This document shows positions 26,166 through 35,375 of a stretch of DNA of 64,000 bases, one piece after another. The first letter of the stretch is position 1, and each line of letters starts with the position of its first letter. The notes beneath the pieces are model-generated. The model did not search any database, had not been told where the DNA came from, and worked only from the letters and a program-made list of their open reading frames with translations. This stretch comes from Patescibacteria group bacterium (GTDB lineage: Bacteria > Patescibacteriota > UBA1384 > XYA2-FULL-43-10 > 1-14-0-10-43-13): assembly GCA_041671645.1 (NCBI GenBank), contig JBAZBD010000001.1, positions 479,234 through 543,233 of the forward strand, given 5' to 3'. The position numbers and the translations under genes are program-made.

Positions 26166-27644
26166 ATGTTTACTTTCCGAGACGGAGGGAAAAGGTTAAT
26201 TAAGATCGCCAAAAGAGTTGCGCTTACCGGTGCCGCGCTTTTTGCATTGACTTTAGCGTTTCAAGCTCCAAAGTTTGAGGCTAAGCCAGTCAAGAGTGCC
26301 GACGCTCCAAAGTTCAACTACCTGGCAGGGGACCTAGACATGCTTCGCGGTGCGAAGCCTGCAGATACTGCTTGGTCTGATCCAGTGAGTGCGAACATCG
26401 GAGACCGTGTCTCTGTGCTGTTCTATTATCATAATGGTGTAGTCAACACGACTGCACATCACACCACTCTGAGAGTGGATTTACCAGCTGGTAGCGCAAC
26501 TTCACAGAAGTTGACTAGTTACCTATGGGCTGAGGGTTTGCAGGCTGTTAGCAACACAGTTGTTGACGGTAAAATTGTTGGCGGAGATGGTATGACCATC
26601 AATTTGCCAACTGCTGGACGCCTTGAGTACGTTCCTGGTTCGACCAAGTGGTTCCAGAATGGCGCTCAGACTGGCGTATCAGTGCCTGACTCCATCAATT
26701 CAGTCTCTGGTCTTGATATCGGAGATGTAAGTGGTTGTTGGCAGTATTCCGGTTACGTGAGCTTCCAAGTTGACGTGAAGGGACAAGCTAATCTTACTAT
26801 GAGCAAAGCTGTTGCTCACATCGGTGACGCGACTTGGCAGGAAGAGATTTCTGCATCTCGTGGCGACGAAGTGATCTATCGTTTGAACGTTATCAACAAC
26901 GGTAACGATCTGGCCAAAAATGTTCTGATCAAGGATATCTTGCCTGCCAAAATGAACTATGTTACTGGCACGACTTATCTTTATACCAAAGATGCTCCTG
27001 CCGGCGTAAAGCAGACAGATTCTATCTTCACGGCCAATGGTCTTGCTCTCCCTGATCTTCAGGCAGGTGCGGCCAACATGGTCACGATTACTTATCACAC
27101 CAAGATTTTCGCTACTCTAGACGATACTTGTGGCTATTACTTGAACAACGTTGCCAAGGTTTATATGGGCGGTGTTGAACAGGCGATGGATCAAGCCAAA
27201 GTTACTCTTCGTTGCGAATCAAGAATTTTGTCTATCGTGAAAAACGTGAAGGCAGCAAATGGTTGGGTTAAGCAAAACACAGGTAATATCGGTGATATCG
27301 TTGAATACCAAGTTATTGTCAAAAATACTGGTAACGCCAACATGACCAATGTTATCGTCTCTGATATTATGCCTCTGTATGTGAACTACCAAGCTGGATC
27401 TACCAAAATCGATGGCGTTACAGCCAACGATCAGATCATGGCCGGTGGTCTCAACCTAGGCACAATGACTCCAGGTCAGCAAAAGGTTATTACCTTCAAC
27501 GGTAAAATCTATGGCTGCCCACCTGTCGGCGGATATACGCTTTATAACACTGCGTATGGTAAAGCCGACACTGTTACACAAATCTGGGATAGCGCATCTA
27601 CAGTAGTTAATTTATCAATCCCTGGCGCACCAGTGGTTAAATAA
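26166..27644 (+). CDS. Secreted surface protein with DUF11 (TIGR01451-type) repeat domains
   Basis: Signal peptide MFTFRDGGKRLIKIAKRVALTGAALFALTLAFQA after an AAAGGAAG RBS. Repeats of the YxVxVxNxGNxxxxNVxVxDxxP type. The N-terminal module FNYLAGD…YYHNGVVNTTAH is shared with the next gene. Confidence 0.7.
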   Translation: MFTFRDGGKRLIKIAKRVALTGAALFALTLAFQAPKFEAKPVKSADAPKFNYLAGDLDMLRGAKPADTAWSDPVSANIGDRVSVLFYYHNGVVNTTAHHTTLRVDLPAGSATSQKLTSYLWAEGLQAVSNTVVDGKIVGGDGMTINLPTAGRLEYVPGSTKWFQNGAQTGVSVPDSINSVSGLDIGDVSGCWQYSGYVSFQVDVKGQANLTMSKAVAHIGDATWQEEISASRGDEVIYRLNVINNGNDLAKNVLIKDILPAKMNYVTGTTYLYTKDAPAGVKQTDSIFTANGLALPDLQAGAANMVTITYHTKIFATLDDTCGYYLNNVAKVYMGGVEQAMDQAKVTLRCESRILSIVKNVKAANGWVKQNTGNIGDIVEYQVIVKNTGNANMTNVIVSDIMPLYVNYQAGSTKIDGVTANDQIMAGGLNLGTMTPGQQKVITFNGKIYGCPPVGGYTLYNTAYGKADTVTQIWDSASTVVNLSIPGAPVVK

Positions 27645-27662
27645 GGAACAAAGAGAATTGTT

Positions 27663-29222
27663 ATGAAAAATGTATTTACAAAATTAAAAGGGATCGCGGC
27701 CAGCGTGCTTTTCTTGGCCCTCTCCCTGGCGCCGCTCGGCAGCGCCAAAGCGGAAAGTCCACGCTTCAATTATTTGGATGGTGACCATCCTCTGATTTAC
27801 GGCTTGAACTTGACCAAAAACGAGACTGAGCGAAAAACGGCTGTTACCGGCACTGCTGGCGACGTGTTCGAGATCGCTCTCTATTATCACAATGGCGTAG
27901 TCAACACGACAGCTCACAATACGAAGCTGAAGGTTGCCTTGCCAACTGAGACTATCAACAAGGGCGCGTTGCTTCGTAGCACATTGTGGGCTGATAACGC
28001 CGACACTGTGACTGCTGACATGACTGCAACTTTGGATTCTGACGCAAGTCTAGAATTCGTTCCTGGAACTTTGAAATGGTTTCCAAGCTATAAGACTGGT
28101 GACGCGCCAAGCGCATTGCCTGTAGGACAAGTTGAATCCAATTTGTTTCAGGATAGCGGTATCAACATCGGTGACGTCAATGGTTGCTGGGACTATAAGG
28201 GATATATTCTCTTTCAAGTCAAAACAGCCAAGATATTGCCCGGTGTCATCGTCCAGAACAAAATTGCCAAAAATATCACAACTGGTGAAACAGGTACTGA
28301 TATCAAGGCAAATGCGGGCGACGTAATTGAGTACACATTGACTACTACGAACACTGGCGCACAGGACATCAGCGCTGTCATCTCTGATGATATCAGCGAT
28401 ATCCTAGAATATGCCGATGTTACCAATCTTCCTGCGAATGCAGAAGTCAAGAATGGGGTAATTAGTTTCAACACTAATGGCCCTATGTACTCGAAGACAT
28501 TTGCTCCAGGAGCGGTAGAAAATGATGTTTTCAAAGTTAAGGTCAAAAGTCCGCTTCCAATGACTCCAGAGAGTGGTACTCACTTTGACTTTGTGATGTA
28601 CAACCTCTTCGGAAACGTGGTCAATGTTCGTTTGCAGAAACCTGCACCGGGTGTTGCCAGTGTCAAAATGCAAAAAGATGTCCGTAACTTTACGGCCGGT
28701 GAAATCAACTTCGCTGATGAAATTTCAGCCAAGCCTGGTGATACACTGGAATACAAAATTTCTTTTCGCAATGATGGACAGGGCGTAGCTGATTCTGTAA
28801 GGATTACAGATATTCTGCCACTGTATACTCAGTTCATGTCCGGTACGACTGTAATGTCGATCAATGATGGTCAAGAGCACACGGTTGGCGATTTGCTAAC
28901 TGGCGACGGAATCTTGATCGGTACCCTCAATCCAAATGATTTTGGCTATATCAAGTTCAAAGTTCTGACCAAGGCCACTTTGGCTGATGGCGAGAAACTT
29001 TTGAATACTGCCAATTTGAAATTTGGAACAGTAAGCCTGTCTGACACGGCTTTGACAAAAATTGCGGTAACGCAAACTGTCACTCCTGTTGCAGAAACAA
29101 GCTTGCCAAAGACCGGTGCCGAAAGCTGGATTTTAGCCCTACTTTTGGTCCCAGCTGCATACGCAGTACGCAAGTATTTGGAAAAGAGAAAAACTCTTAG
29201 CTACAAAATTGCAAACTACTAA
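27663..29222 (+). CDS. LPXTG-anchored surface protein with DUF11 repeat domains (paralog of the upstream gene)
   Basis: Signal peptide. FNYLDGD…YYHNGVVNTTAHNT module. DUF11-like repeats. C-terminal LPKTG + TM + RKYLEKRK sorting signal. Confidence 0.75.
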   Translation: MKNVFTKLKGIAASVLFLALSLAPLGSAKAESPRFNYLDGDHPLIYGLNLTKNETERKTAVTGTAGDVFEIALYYHNGVVNTTAHNTKLKVALPTETINKGALLRSTLWADNADTVTADMTATLDSDASLEFVPGTLKWFPSYKTGDAPSALPVGQVESNLFQDSGINIGDVNGCWDYKGYILFQVKTAKILPGVIVQNKIAKNITTGETGTDIKANAGDVIEYTLTTTNTGAQDISAVISDDISDILEYADVTNLPANAEVKNGVISFNTNGPMYSKTFAPGAVENDVFKVKVKSPLPMTPESGTHFDFVMYNLFGNVVNVRLQKPAPGVASVKMQKDVRNFTAGEINFADEISAKPGDTLEYKISFRNDGQGVADSVRITDILPLYTQFMSGTTVMSINDGQEHTVGDLLTGDGILIGTLNPNDFGYIKFKVLTKATLADGEKLLNTANLKFGTVSLSDTALTKIAVTQTVTPVAETSLPKTGAESWILALLLVPAAYAVRKYLEKRKTLSYKIANY

Positions 29223-29241
29223 GACAGTAAGCAAGTATAAA

Positions 29242-29271
29242 AAAGCCTCGACGCAAGTTGGGGCTTTTTTA
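29242..29271 (+). terminator. Rho-independent terminator
   Basis: AAGCCTC…GGGGCTT followed by TTTTTT. Confidence 0.65.
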
Positions 29272-29273
29272 GT

Positions 29274-29299
29274 GATCATTGATCATTGACCATTGATAA
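29274..29299. repeat. Heptamer tandem repeat (ATCATTG-like x4) immediately upstream of prfB
   Basis: gatcattgatcattgaccattgataac. Confidence 0.7.
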
Positions 29300-29313
29300 C
29301 TTATAATAAAAAA

Positions 29314-30333
29314 ATGGAAACACTCAGGAACAAACTAGAGGATTTGAGAAATTTCCTCAAAATCAGCGAGAAGAAAGAGGAGATCAAGACTCTAGAGGCA
29401 GAGATGCGAGAGCCGGCTTTTTGGCTTGAGGATGCAAGTGCCAATGACAAAAGTCGAAAGCTCAAAAACCTAAAAGACGAGATCTCTGGTTTTGATGAAC
29501 TTTACCAGATGTCGGAAATCGCCGATGATGCAGAATTGGAGACTCTTCGACCCGAAATCGAGAGATTCGAGAAGTTGACTATTTTCTCAGGCAAATACGA
29601 CCAGTATGACGCAATTCTAAACTTTTATGCTGGAGCCGGAGGAGACGACGCGCAGGACTGGACTGAGATGTTGCTTCGGATGTACCTGCGTTGGGCTGAG
29701 AACATGGGCATGAAGACCGAAATGATCTATGAATCACGTGGAGGCGAAGCCGGTATCAAAAGTGCGACTATCTCGATAGACGGCGCTTTTGCTTATGGCA
29801 ATTTGAGACTCGAATCTGGTGTTCACAGGCTAGTGCGTCAATCGCCGTTTAACGCGAAGGCTTTGCGCCAAACTTCATTTGCCTTAGTCCAGGTACTGCC
29901 CAAAATTGAATCTGATTCTGACGTCGAGATTGATGCCAAAGATTTGAAAATTGACGTCTTCAGAGCCGGAGGACATGGCGGTCAGTCAGTCAACACAACT
30001 GATTCTGCGGTACGGATTACTCACTTGCCGACAAATATTGTGGTTTCTTGCCAGAACGAGAGAAGCCAATTGCAAAACAAAGAGAGCGCTATGAAGGTCT
30101 TGCGATCTCGCTTGGCACAATTACTTATCGATCAACACAAAGAAAGGATCGAGGACCTGAAGGGTGATTTTTCTTCTCCTGAGTGGGGAAACCAAATTCG
30201 ATCATACGTATTGCACCCGTACAAAATGGTGAAGGATCATCGGACCAATGTCGAGACTTCAGATCCAGACAAGGTTTTGAGTGGGGGACTGGCCGAGTTT
30301 ATCGAAGCGGAACTCAAGAGTTCGATTAACTGA
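29314..30333 (+). CDS. prfB: Peptide chain release factor 2 (single ORF, no programmed frameshift)
   Basis: SPF tripeptide motif (RQSPF), GGQ (GGHGGQSVN), full-length in one frame. The track starts at 29293; 29314 (METLRNK) is an alternative. Confidence 0.9.
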   Translation: METLRNKLEDLRNFLKISEKKEEIKTLEAEMREPAFWLEDASANDKSRKLKNLKDEISGFDELYQMSEIADDAELETLRPEIERFEKLTIFSGKYDQYDAILNFYAGAGGDDAQDWTEMLLRMYLRWAENMGMKTEMIYESRGGEAGIKSATISIDGAFAYGNLRLESGVHRLVRQSPFNAKALRQTSFALVQVLPKIESDSDVEIDAKDLKIDVFRAGGHGGQSVNTTDSAVRITHLPTNIVVSCQNERSQLQNKESAMKVLRSRLAQLLIDQHKERIEDLKGDFSSPEWGNQIRSYVLHPYKMVKDHRTNVETSDPDKVLSGGLAEFIEAELKSSIN

Positions 30334-30346
30334 TAGGAGGGTGGTT

Positions 30347-31120
30347 ATGGAAAAATTTCTACAATTAATTCATGTTGACCAGATCAGTCATTATTTTTCT
30401 GTCGGGATTAAGTCTCTAATGCCGACTAGTTTTAACGCTGGCAGGTATGAAATATTCATACTTATTATTTTAATATTTGCATTGGCCTCCGCTGTTGATT
30501 TTTTCTTGGTTCGATCGTTTTTTGGCAAAAATTACCGTCTCTTCGTAGCTCCTGGAGTTATCATTCATGAAATGTCGCACTTTTTGGCTTGTCTTTTGAC
30601 CGGCGCCAAAGTAACCAAGGTTGTCGTATTCGATACATCTGGCGGGAGCGTAGAGCATGAAAAGCCGAGAATTCCAGTGATCGGTCAGGTCTTGATCTCT
30701 TTTGCACCCTTCATCATCGGCACCGGTATCATATATTTTATGTCCCTGCATTTGGGTCTCAAACCGGTTAACCTCAAGGAAATCGATCTTTCTGTCGGTG
30801 GTATTCTTTCCTATGCCAAGTCGATGGTATCACCAATCAATTTTGCTGATTGGAAAAACTGGCTGATCTTCTACATCGTCTTGAATGTAATTGTGACGAT
30901 GACGCCGAGCAAGCAGGACTTCAAGAACATGGCTTTGCTATTGATTCTAATTCTCGTCGTGCTTGTTGCCGCTTTTAAATTCTTGCCCATGGCCGGATAC
31001 TTTAGTTTTGTCCCGGTCGAGAAGATTACCATCCTGCTATCGTCAATAGTTTTATTGTTGATTTTTGCCCTGCTATTCAGTATTGTTTTATTCGCAGTGT
31101 CCAAGATTTTTAAAAAATAA
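30347..31120 (+). CDS. Membrane zinc metalloprotease, M50/S2P-like (HExxH in TM helix)
   Basis: IHEMSHFLACLLTGAKV HExxH motif within a multi-TM protein. AGGAGG RBS. The track ORF 30281 overlaps the prfB 3' end. Confidence 0.55.
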   Translation: MEKFLQLIHVDQISHYFSVGIKSLMPTSFNAGRYEIFILIILIFALASAVDFFLVRSFFGKNYRLFVAPGVIIHEMSHFLACLLTGAKVTKVVVFDTSGGSVEHEKPRIPVIGQVLISFAPFIIGTGIIYFMSLHLGLKPVNLKEIDLSVGGILSYAKSMVSPINFADWKNWLIFYIVLNVIVTMTPSKQDFKNMALLLILILVVLVAAFKFLPMAGYFSFVPVEKITILLSSIVLLLIFALLFSIVLFAVSKIFKK

Positions 31121-31137
31121 GTTTGATTGGAGATACA

Positions 31138-31443
31138 ATGGTTGATTTTGGAAAAATGAAAGATCTGTACGAATTACAGAAAAAGGCCAGAGCGGTACAA
31201 AAGGAACTGAAGGATGTTGAAGTTGAAGCTTCCAGCAATGACGGCTGGGTTACTGTAGTTTTTAACGGCGAACAACACATGACAGAGGTCAATATTGCTG
31301 AAGAAGCACTTCGACCAGAAAACAAGCGTGAAATTGAGAAAGATTTGAAGAATACGATTTCGCAGGCAATCTCTCGAGCCCAAGCAGTTGCGGCTGAGAA
31401 AATGAAGGATATCGCGGGCGGAATGGGAATACCAGGACTTTAG
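31138..31443 (+). CDS. ybaB: Nucleoid-associated protein YbaB/EbfC
   Basis: M(x)KMKDLYELQKKARAVQKELKDVEVEASSNDGWVTVVFNGEQHMTEVNI pattern typical of the YbaB family. Confidence 0.8.
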   Translation: MVDFGKMKDLYELQKKARAVQKELKDVEVEASSNDGWVTVVFNGEQHMTEVNIAEEALRPENKREIEKDLKNTISQAISRAQAVAAEKMKDIAGGMGIPGL

Positions 31444-31532
31444 GCCTAGAAATTTCTAATTAATAATTTTTGATTTCTAATCAATTTATAATTATTAATT
31501 AATAATTGAATAAAAACTAAGAAATAGAAATT

Positions 31533-32135
31533 ATGAAAATAATCGTAGGTCTTGGCAATCCGGGTAAGCAGTATGAAGGCACTCGCCACAATGCCGGTTT
31601 TGTATTTGTTGATGCACTCTCGAAATCAGACGAAATTACAGCAATAGGGGAGACACTTAATTTCAAGGCCGTAGCTAAGTTTGAAGCTGAAATTGCTGAG
31701 ACTCAACTCAACGGCGAGAAGCTTATAGTGATCAAGCCGCAAACCTATATGAACTTATCTGGCAATTCTGTGGCGATGGTAATGCAATACTACAAAGCTG
31801 AGATTGCTGATCTTGTCGTGGTGTCTGATGATATCGATTTGCCTGTTGGTACAGCTCGAATTCGTCATGAGGGCTCGAGCGGCGGACAAAAAGGTTTGCA
31901 AAATATTATTGATATTCTTAGGTCGGATTCATTCTCGCGTCTCCGAATCGGAGTCAAGTCAGAGCTGAGTGGTGAGACTGATAATCCGACTTTTGACGCG
32001 GCCAATTTTGTCCTCAGCAAATTTTCAAAACAGGAAAAAGAACAGATCAATCAGATAATCGCCGAGTCGATCAAGTATCTCTTGCTTCATCTGGGTCAAA
32101 AGCAAGAGATCCCTGCTCACACCATCGAGATCTAA
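31533..32135 (+). CDS. pth: Peptidyl-tRNA hydrolase
   Basis: MKIIVGLGNPGKQYEGTRHNAGF. Confidence 0.9.
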   Translation: MKIIVGLGNPGKQYEGTRHNAGFVFVDALSKSDEITAIGETLNFKAVAKFEAEIAETQLNGEKLIVIKPQTYMNLSGNSVAMVMQYYKAEIADLVVVSDDIDLPVGTARIRHEGSSGGQKGLQNIIDILRSDSFSRLRIGVKSELSGETDNPTFDAANFVLSKFSKQEKEQINQIIAESIKYLLLHLGQKQEIPAHTIEI

Positions 32136-32245
32136 ATAGTTGCTAAACTGATCAGAAAATGCTATAAATATAGTCTAATAATTTTATTTGTGGGAGCTTG
32201 TTTAGTCGACAAGTGTTATGACCACGATCCTCCGTCGCTAAAGCT

Positions 32246-33127
32246 ATGGAGGACAAGAGGAGACAGATGCGTAATGAAATGAAGTCCGCCTCTGGCGGAT
32301 CACAGAAGAAGGAACAGGACAAAGACGAGAAAATCGTCGAGCAGATCGAGGAAGAAGCCAAAGAGGAATTGACTGAGGCTGAGATCTTGAAGCAGGCCGA
32401 GGAACGTGAAAAAGAGCGCAAAGAGCTCGAAAAAGAAGAAAAAGCTGAGGCAAAGGCCTTGGCCAAAGAGCAAAAGGCTGAGGACCGCGAGGGAAAACTA
32501 GCTCGTAAAGCGACCGTTCGTGTCAAACCACGACATAGCAAAAAATACCGTGCTATCGCTGAGAAAGTAGAAGCTGGCAAAGAATACTCCGTTTCTGAAG
32601 CCATTGATTTGGCCCTAGAGACCAACCCTGCCAAATTTGATGCTACTGTTGAACTTCATGTTAAATTGAACGACAAAGAGAAAAATATTCGTGGTATGGT
32701 CGTCCTTCCTGGTGGCGTGACCAAAGAGAAGAAGGTTCTCGAAGTTACCGCAGAGAATGTTGACCAGGTAGTCAATGATGTTAAGTCTGGCAAAGTCGAC
32801 TTCGATATTATGATTGCAGATATGAAAGTGATGCCAAAGCTCGCAGTATTGGCCAAGGTCTTGGGTCCAAAGGGACTTATGCCTTCACCAAAAGCCGGCA
32901 CAGTTGTCGAGGACGTGAAGAAGGCAGCCGCCGAAATGAAGGGTGGCAAAGTTGAATTCCGTGCCGACAAACAGAACATCGTTCACATGGCTCTCGGCAA
33001 AATCTCATTTGGCGCCGAAAAAGTCAAAATGAATTATCAGGCTGTTATCGATCATATGCCAAAGAGAATCGATTCTATCTATCTTACAACTTCGATGGGT
33101 CCAAGCGTCAAAGTCGCCAAGAAATAA
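32246..33127 (+). CDS. rplA: 50S ribosomal protein L1 with ~85-aa K/E-rich N-terminal extension
   Basis: The conserved L1 core begins near KKYRAIAEKVEAGKEYSVSEAIDL. It is preceded by EEEAKEELTEAEILKQAEEREKERKELEKEEKAEAKALAKEQKAEDREGK. Alternative starts at 32267 or 32279. Confidence 0.85.
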   Translation: MEDKRRQMRNEMKSASGGSQKKEQDKDEKIVEQIEEEAKEELTEAEILKQAEEREKERKELEKEEKAEAKALAKEQKAEDREGKLARKATVRVKPRHSKKYRAIAEKVEAGKEYSVSEAIDLALETNPAKFDATVELHVKLNDKEKNIRGMVVLPGGVTKEKKVLEVTAENVDQVVNDVKSGKVDFDIMIADMKVMPKLAVLAKVLGPKGLMPSPKAGTVVEDVKKAAAEMKGGKVEFRADKQNIVHMALGKISFGAEKVKMNYQAVIDHMPKRIDSIYLTTSMGPSVKVAKK

Positions 33128-33151
33128 GAAAGCTAGTAAGCACTAAAGAAT

Positions 33152-33184
33152 GCCGCCGAAGCAGAAATGCCGAGGCGGTTTTTT
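33152..33184 (+). terminator. Terminator-like hairpin after rplA
   Basis: GCCGCC…GGCGG followed by TTTTTTG. Confidence 0.55.
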
Positions 33185-33185
33185 G

Positions 33186-33214
33186 TTGACACATCAGACA
33201 ATTCTTGCTATATT
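33186..33214 (+). promoter_or_regulatory. sigma70-type promoter for rplJ-rplL
   Basis: TTGACA-17 nt-TATATT. Confidence 0.65.
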
Positions 33215-33348
33215 AAATACATCCCAAGACCACCAGCCTTCGCTGAAGCTACGGCCGGCAAGCCAGCTAAGCGAAATAAGCCTTGTGCAGGAATACAATT
33301 CAGTTTATAAAGTTCATCAAGTTGAAAGTTATAAAGTTTATTGTGCAT

Positions 33349-33379
33349 CCTGCGCTGGTCGCAGGAATTTTCGTTTTTA
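33349..33379 (+). promoter_or_regulatory. rplJ leader attenuator-like hairpin
   Basis: CCTGCG-CTGGT-CGCAGG followed by AATTTTCGTTTTT. Lies in the ~200-nt leader between the promoter and rplJ. Confidence 0.5.
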
Positions 33380-33385
33380 CTCCCA

Positions 33386-33413
33386 TAATTCATAATTCTT
33401 AATTCATAATTCG
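33386..33413. repeat. Heptamer tandem repeat (ATAATTC x4) immediately upstream of rplJ
   Basis: ataattcataattcttaattcataattc. Confidence 0.7.
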
Positions 33414-33421
33414 GATAAAAA

Positions 33422-33943
33422 ATGGCAAAGACAAAAGCAAAAAAGGCAGAGTTGATCGACGCTCTCGACATTCAGCTTCAAAACGCCAAATCAGCAGTCA
33501 TTGTTGATTACAAGGGCATGAAGGTGAAGGAAAGTGAAGAGCTTCGCAACATTTTACGCACCAAGGGTGTTCAGTTCCACGTGACCAAGAATACTTTGGT
33601 CAAGATCGCGCTGACCAAACATGGTATCGAATTTGACAATGAGATGTTCAAGAAACCAGTCGCTATCGCTTTCGCGATGGAAGACGAAGTCGCTCCAGCC
33701 AAAGAAATCGAACTTTATGCCAAGAAACATGAAGCAGTCGAGATCTTGGGCGGAATGCTTGAGAACAAGATGATTGATGCGGCTATGGTCAAGAGATTGG
33801 CACAGCTTCCAAGCAAAGATCAGATGCGCGCTCAATTGGTTGGCACATTGGCTGCTCCACTTTCTGGATTCGTCAATGTTATGGCTGGCAACTTGCGCGG
33901 CTTGGTACAGGTGCTTAAGGCTTACGGAGACAAACAAGCCTAA
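33422..33943 (+). CDS. rplJ: 50S ribosomal protein L10
   Basis: MAKTKAKKAELIDALDIQLQNAKSAVIVDYKGMKV. Confidence 0.9.
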   Translation: MAKTKAKKAELIDALDIQLQNAKSAVIVDYKGMKVKESEELRNILRTKGVQFHVTKNTLVKIALTKHGIEFDNEMFKKPVAIAFAMEDEVAPAKEIELYAKKHEAVEILGGMLENKMIDAAMVKRLAQLPSKDQMRAQLVGTLAAPLSGFVNVMAGNLRGLVQVLKAYGDKQA

Positions 33944-34082
33944 CCAGAAAAGGATAACCCCAAAGGGGACCCTTTGGGTCGGATCGAACAGATAAGCAGA
34001 TGGTACGAAAATCTGTTATCAGTAAAATCTGCCATCCGTTTCTGAATAATTTATTTATAAGAAATTAATATTAGGAGTTAAC

Positions 34083-34496
34083 ATGGAAGAGAAAACAGAA
34101 GTTGTTGTCCCAGAGAAATTCAAGGATCTCGTAGAGAAAATTGAAAAACTCTCAGTGCTTGATCTATCAGAACTTGTCAAAGTTCTTGAAGACAAATTTG
34201 GTGTTTCTGCTGCTGCCCCAATGATGATGGGCGCTATGCCTGCCGCTGGTGGTGCCGCTGCTGCTGAGCCAGAAGAGGAAAAGACTGCATTTGACCTTAT
34301 CCTTACCGCTGCTGGTGCACAGAAAATCGGTGTGATCAAAGCTGTTCGCGAGATCAAACCTGACCTAGGCCTCAAAGAAGCCAAGGACTTGGTTGACGCC
34401 GCTCCAAAAGAAGTTTTGAAGGGTGCCAAGAAAGAGGACGTCGAAGCTGCTAAAGCCAAATTAGAGGCCGCAGGCGCAACTGTCGAAGTAAAATAA
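34083..34496 (+). CDS. rplL: 50S ribosomal protein L7/L12
   Basis: Ala/Glu-rich hinge and C-terminal domain [11 protein letters not shown]…[10 protein letters not shown]…[10 protein letters not shown]. Confidence 0.95.
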   Translation: MEEKTEVVVPEKFKDLVEKIEKLSVLDLSELVKVLEDKFGVSAAAPMMMGAMPAAGGAAAAEPEEEKTAFDLILTAAGAQKIGVIKAVREIKPDLGLKEAKDLVDAAPKEVLKGAKKEDVEAAKAKLEAAGATVEVK

Positions 34497-34546
34497 TTAT
34501 TCAGCATATAAGCTAATAAGCTCGTAAGCTGGTAAAAAATAGAAAA

Positions 34547-34569
34547 GAGTCCCGAAGGGGGCTCTTTTT
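34547..34569 (+). terminator. Rho-independent terminator after rplL
   Basis: GAGTCCC-GAAG-GGGGCTC followed by TTTTTG. Confidence 0.85.
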
Positions 34570-34640
34570 GTTATGCAAGTCAATTCCTCCTTGTCAAAAT
34601 AGTCTAAAAGTGGTAAAAGGATTGAAGTGAGGTGACTGTA

Positions 34641-35318
34641 ATGAACATAGACTCAAAAATCGTGAGAACGATTCGCGAAGAGACTGGGTATTTTCGAACC
34701 ACCTTGATTGGTTTGCCCTATGAGGATTTGCCTGAGCCCGCTCAGGGATTGCTTCATGCGGTTGATGATCTTCTCAACAAGGCATGTTCACTTGGGTTGA
34801 CTAATTCGTTTGGGGGCCTTGCCCCAGGAGAAACAGAGATTGCAATGCGTTGCATCACCCAGGCGGTGGTGGAAGAAATTAGCCAACTCATGGCCGAATA
34901 TGGCTCCATGATGTCGAGAGGCGCGTATGCAAGCTTAGTGCAGATTGTCGGTCGTCTTAACGGCGTTTCTCAAGTTGAAGGACCATTGCGTCTGAACGAA
35001 AGACATCCCTACAAGCCGATCCCGTATGATTGTCTCCTTGACGAGGAAGCTTCATATCTCGTAGGAATGCAGTTGGTGGGTATGGGTAATCTGATGAAAC
35101 GTGTTCACAACCAGCTTTGCGTTCGCCGACCGGCGCATTTATCTCAAGCTGACGCAGAGGGCGTGTATCTCAGGTTCCAGTTGATAATAAAGTCTGTCAT
35201 GGGCGATATGGCGCACAGGATGACCGACGATGTCTTCAGCGACACTTACTATGATTTGGGCGAGAAAATTACTCGCGTCGTCAAATTATTTGACAAACTT
35301 ATCCTGACCAGGACTTGA
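34641..35318 (+). CDS. Hypothetical protein (no recognisable domain); occupies the position where rpoB normally follows rplL
   Basis: Long ORF with GAGGTG 6 nt upstream of the ATG at 34641. GC slightly above local average. Confidence 0.5.
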   Translation: MNIDSKIVRTIREETGYFRTTLIGLPYEDLPEPAQGLLHAVDDLLNKACSLGLTNSFGGLAPGETEIAMRCITQAVVEEISQLMAEYGSMMSRGAYASLVQIVGRLNGVSQVEGPLRLNERHPYKPIPYDCLLDEEASYLVGMQLVGMGNLMKRVHNQLCVRRPAHLSQADAEGVYLRFQLIIKSVMGDMAHRMTDDVFSDTYYDLGEKITRVVKLFDKLILTRT

Positions 35319-35375
35319 GGTTTCGACCAAAGCCCTGGTTTTTTAATTAGTCAAAATATGCTATAAGTATATGTT

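Noticed and set aside
29293-30333. Possible +1 programmed frameshift in prfB
   Set aside because: RF2 is encoded as one continuous frame from the start through the SPF and GGQ motifs. There is no short upstream ORF ending CUU UGA C, so no frameshift site is present.
32152-32634. 160-aa minus-strand ORF antisense to rplA
   Set aside because: It is a Ser/Ala-rich translation antisense to the K/E-rich L1 extension, the typical shadow ORF of a GA-rich coding strand.
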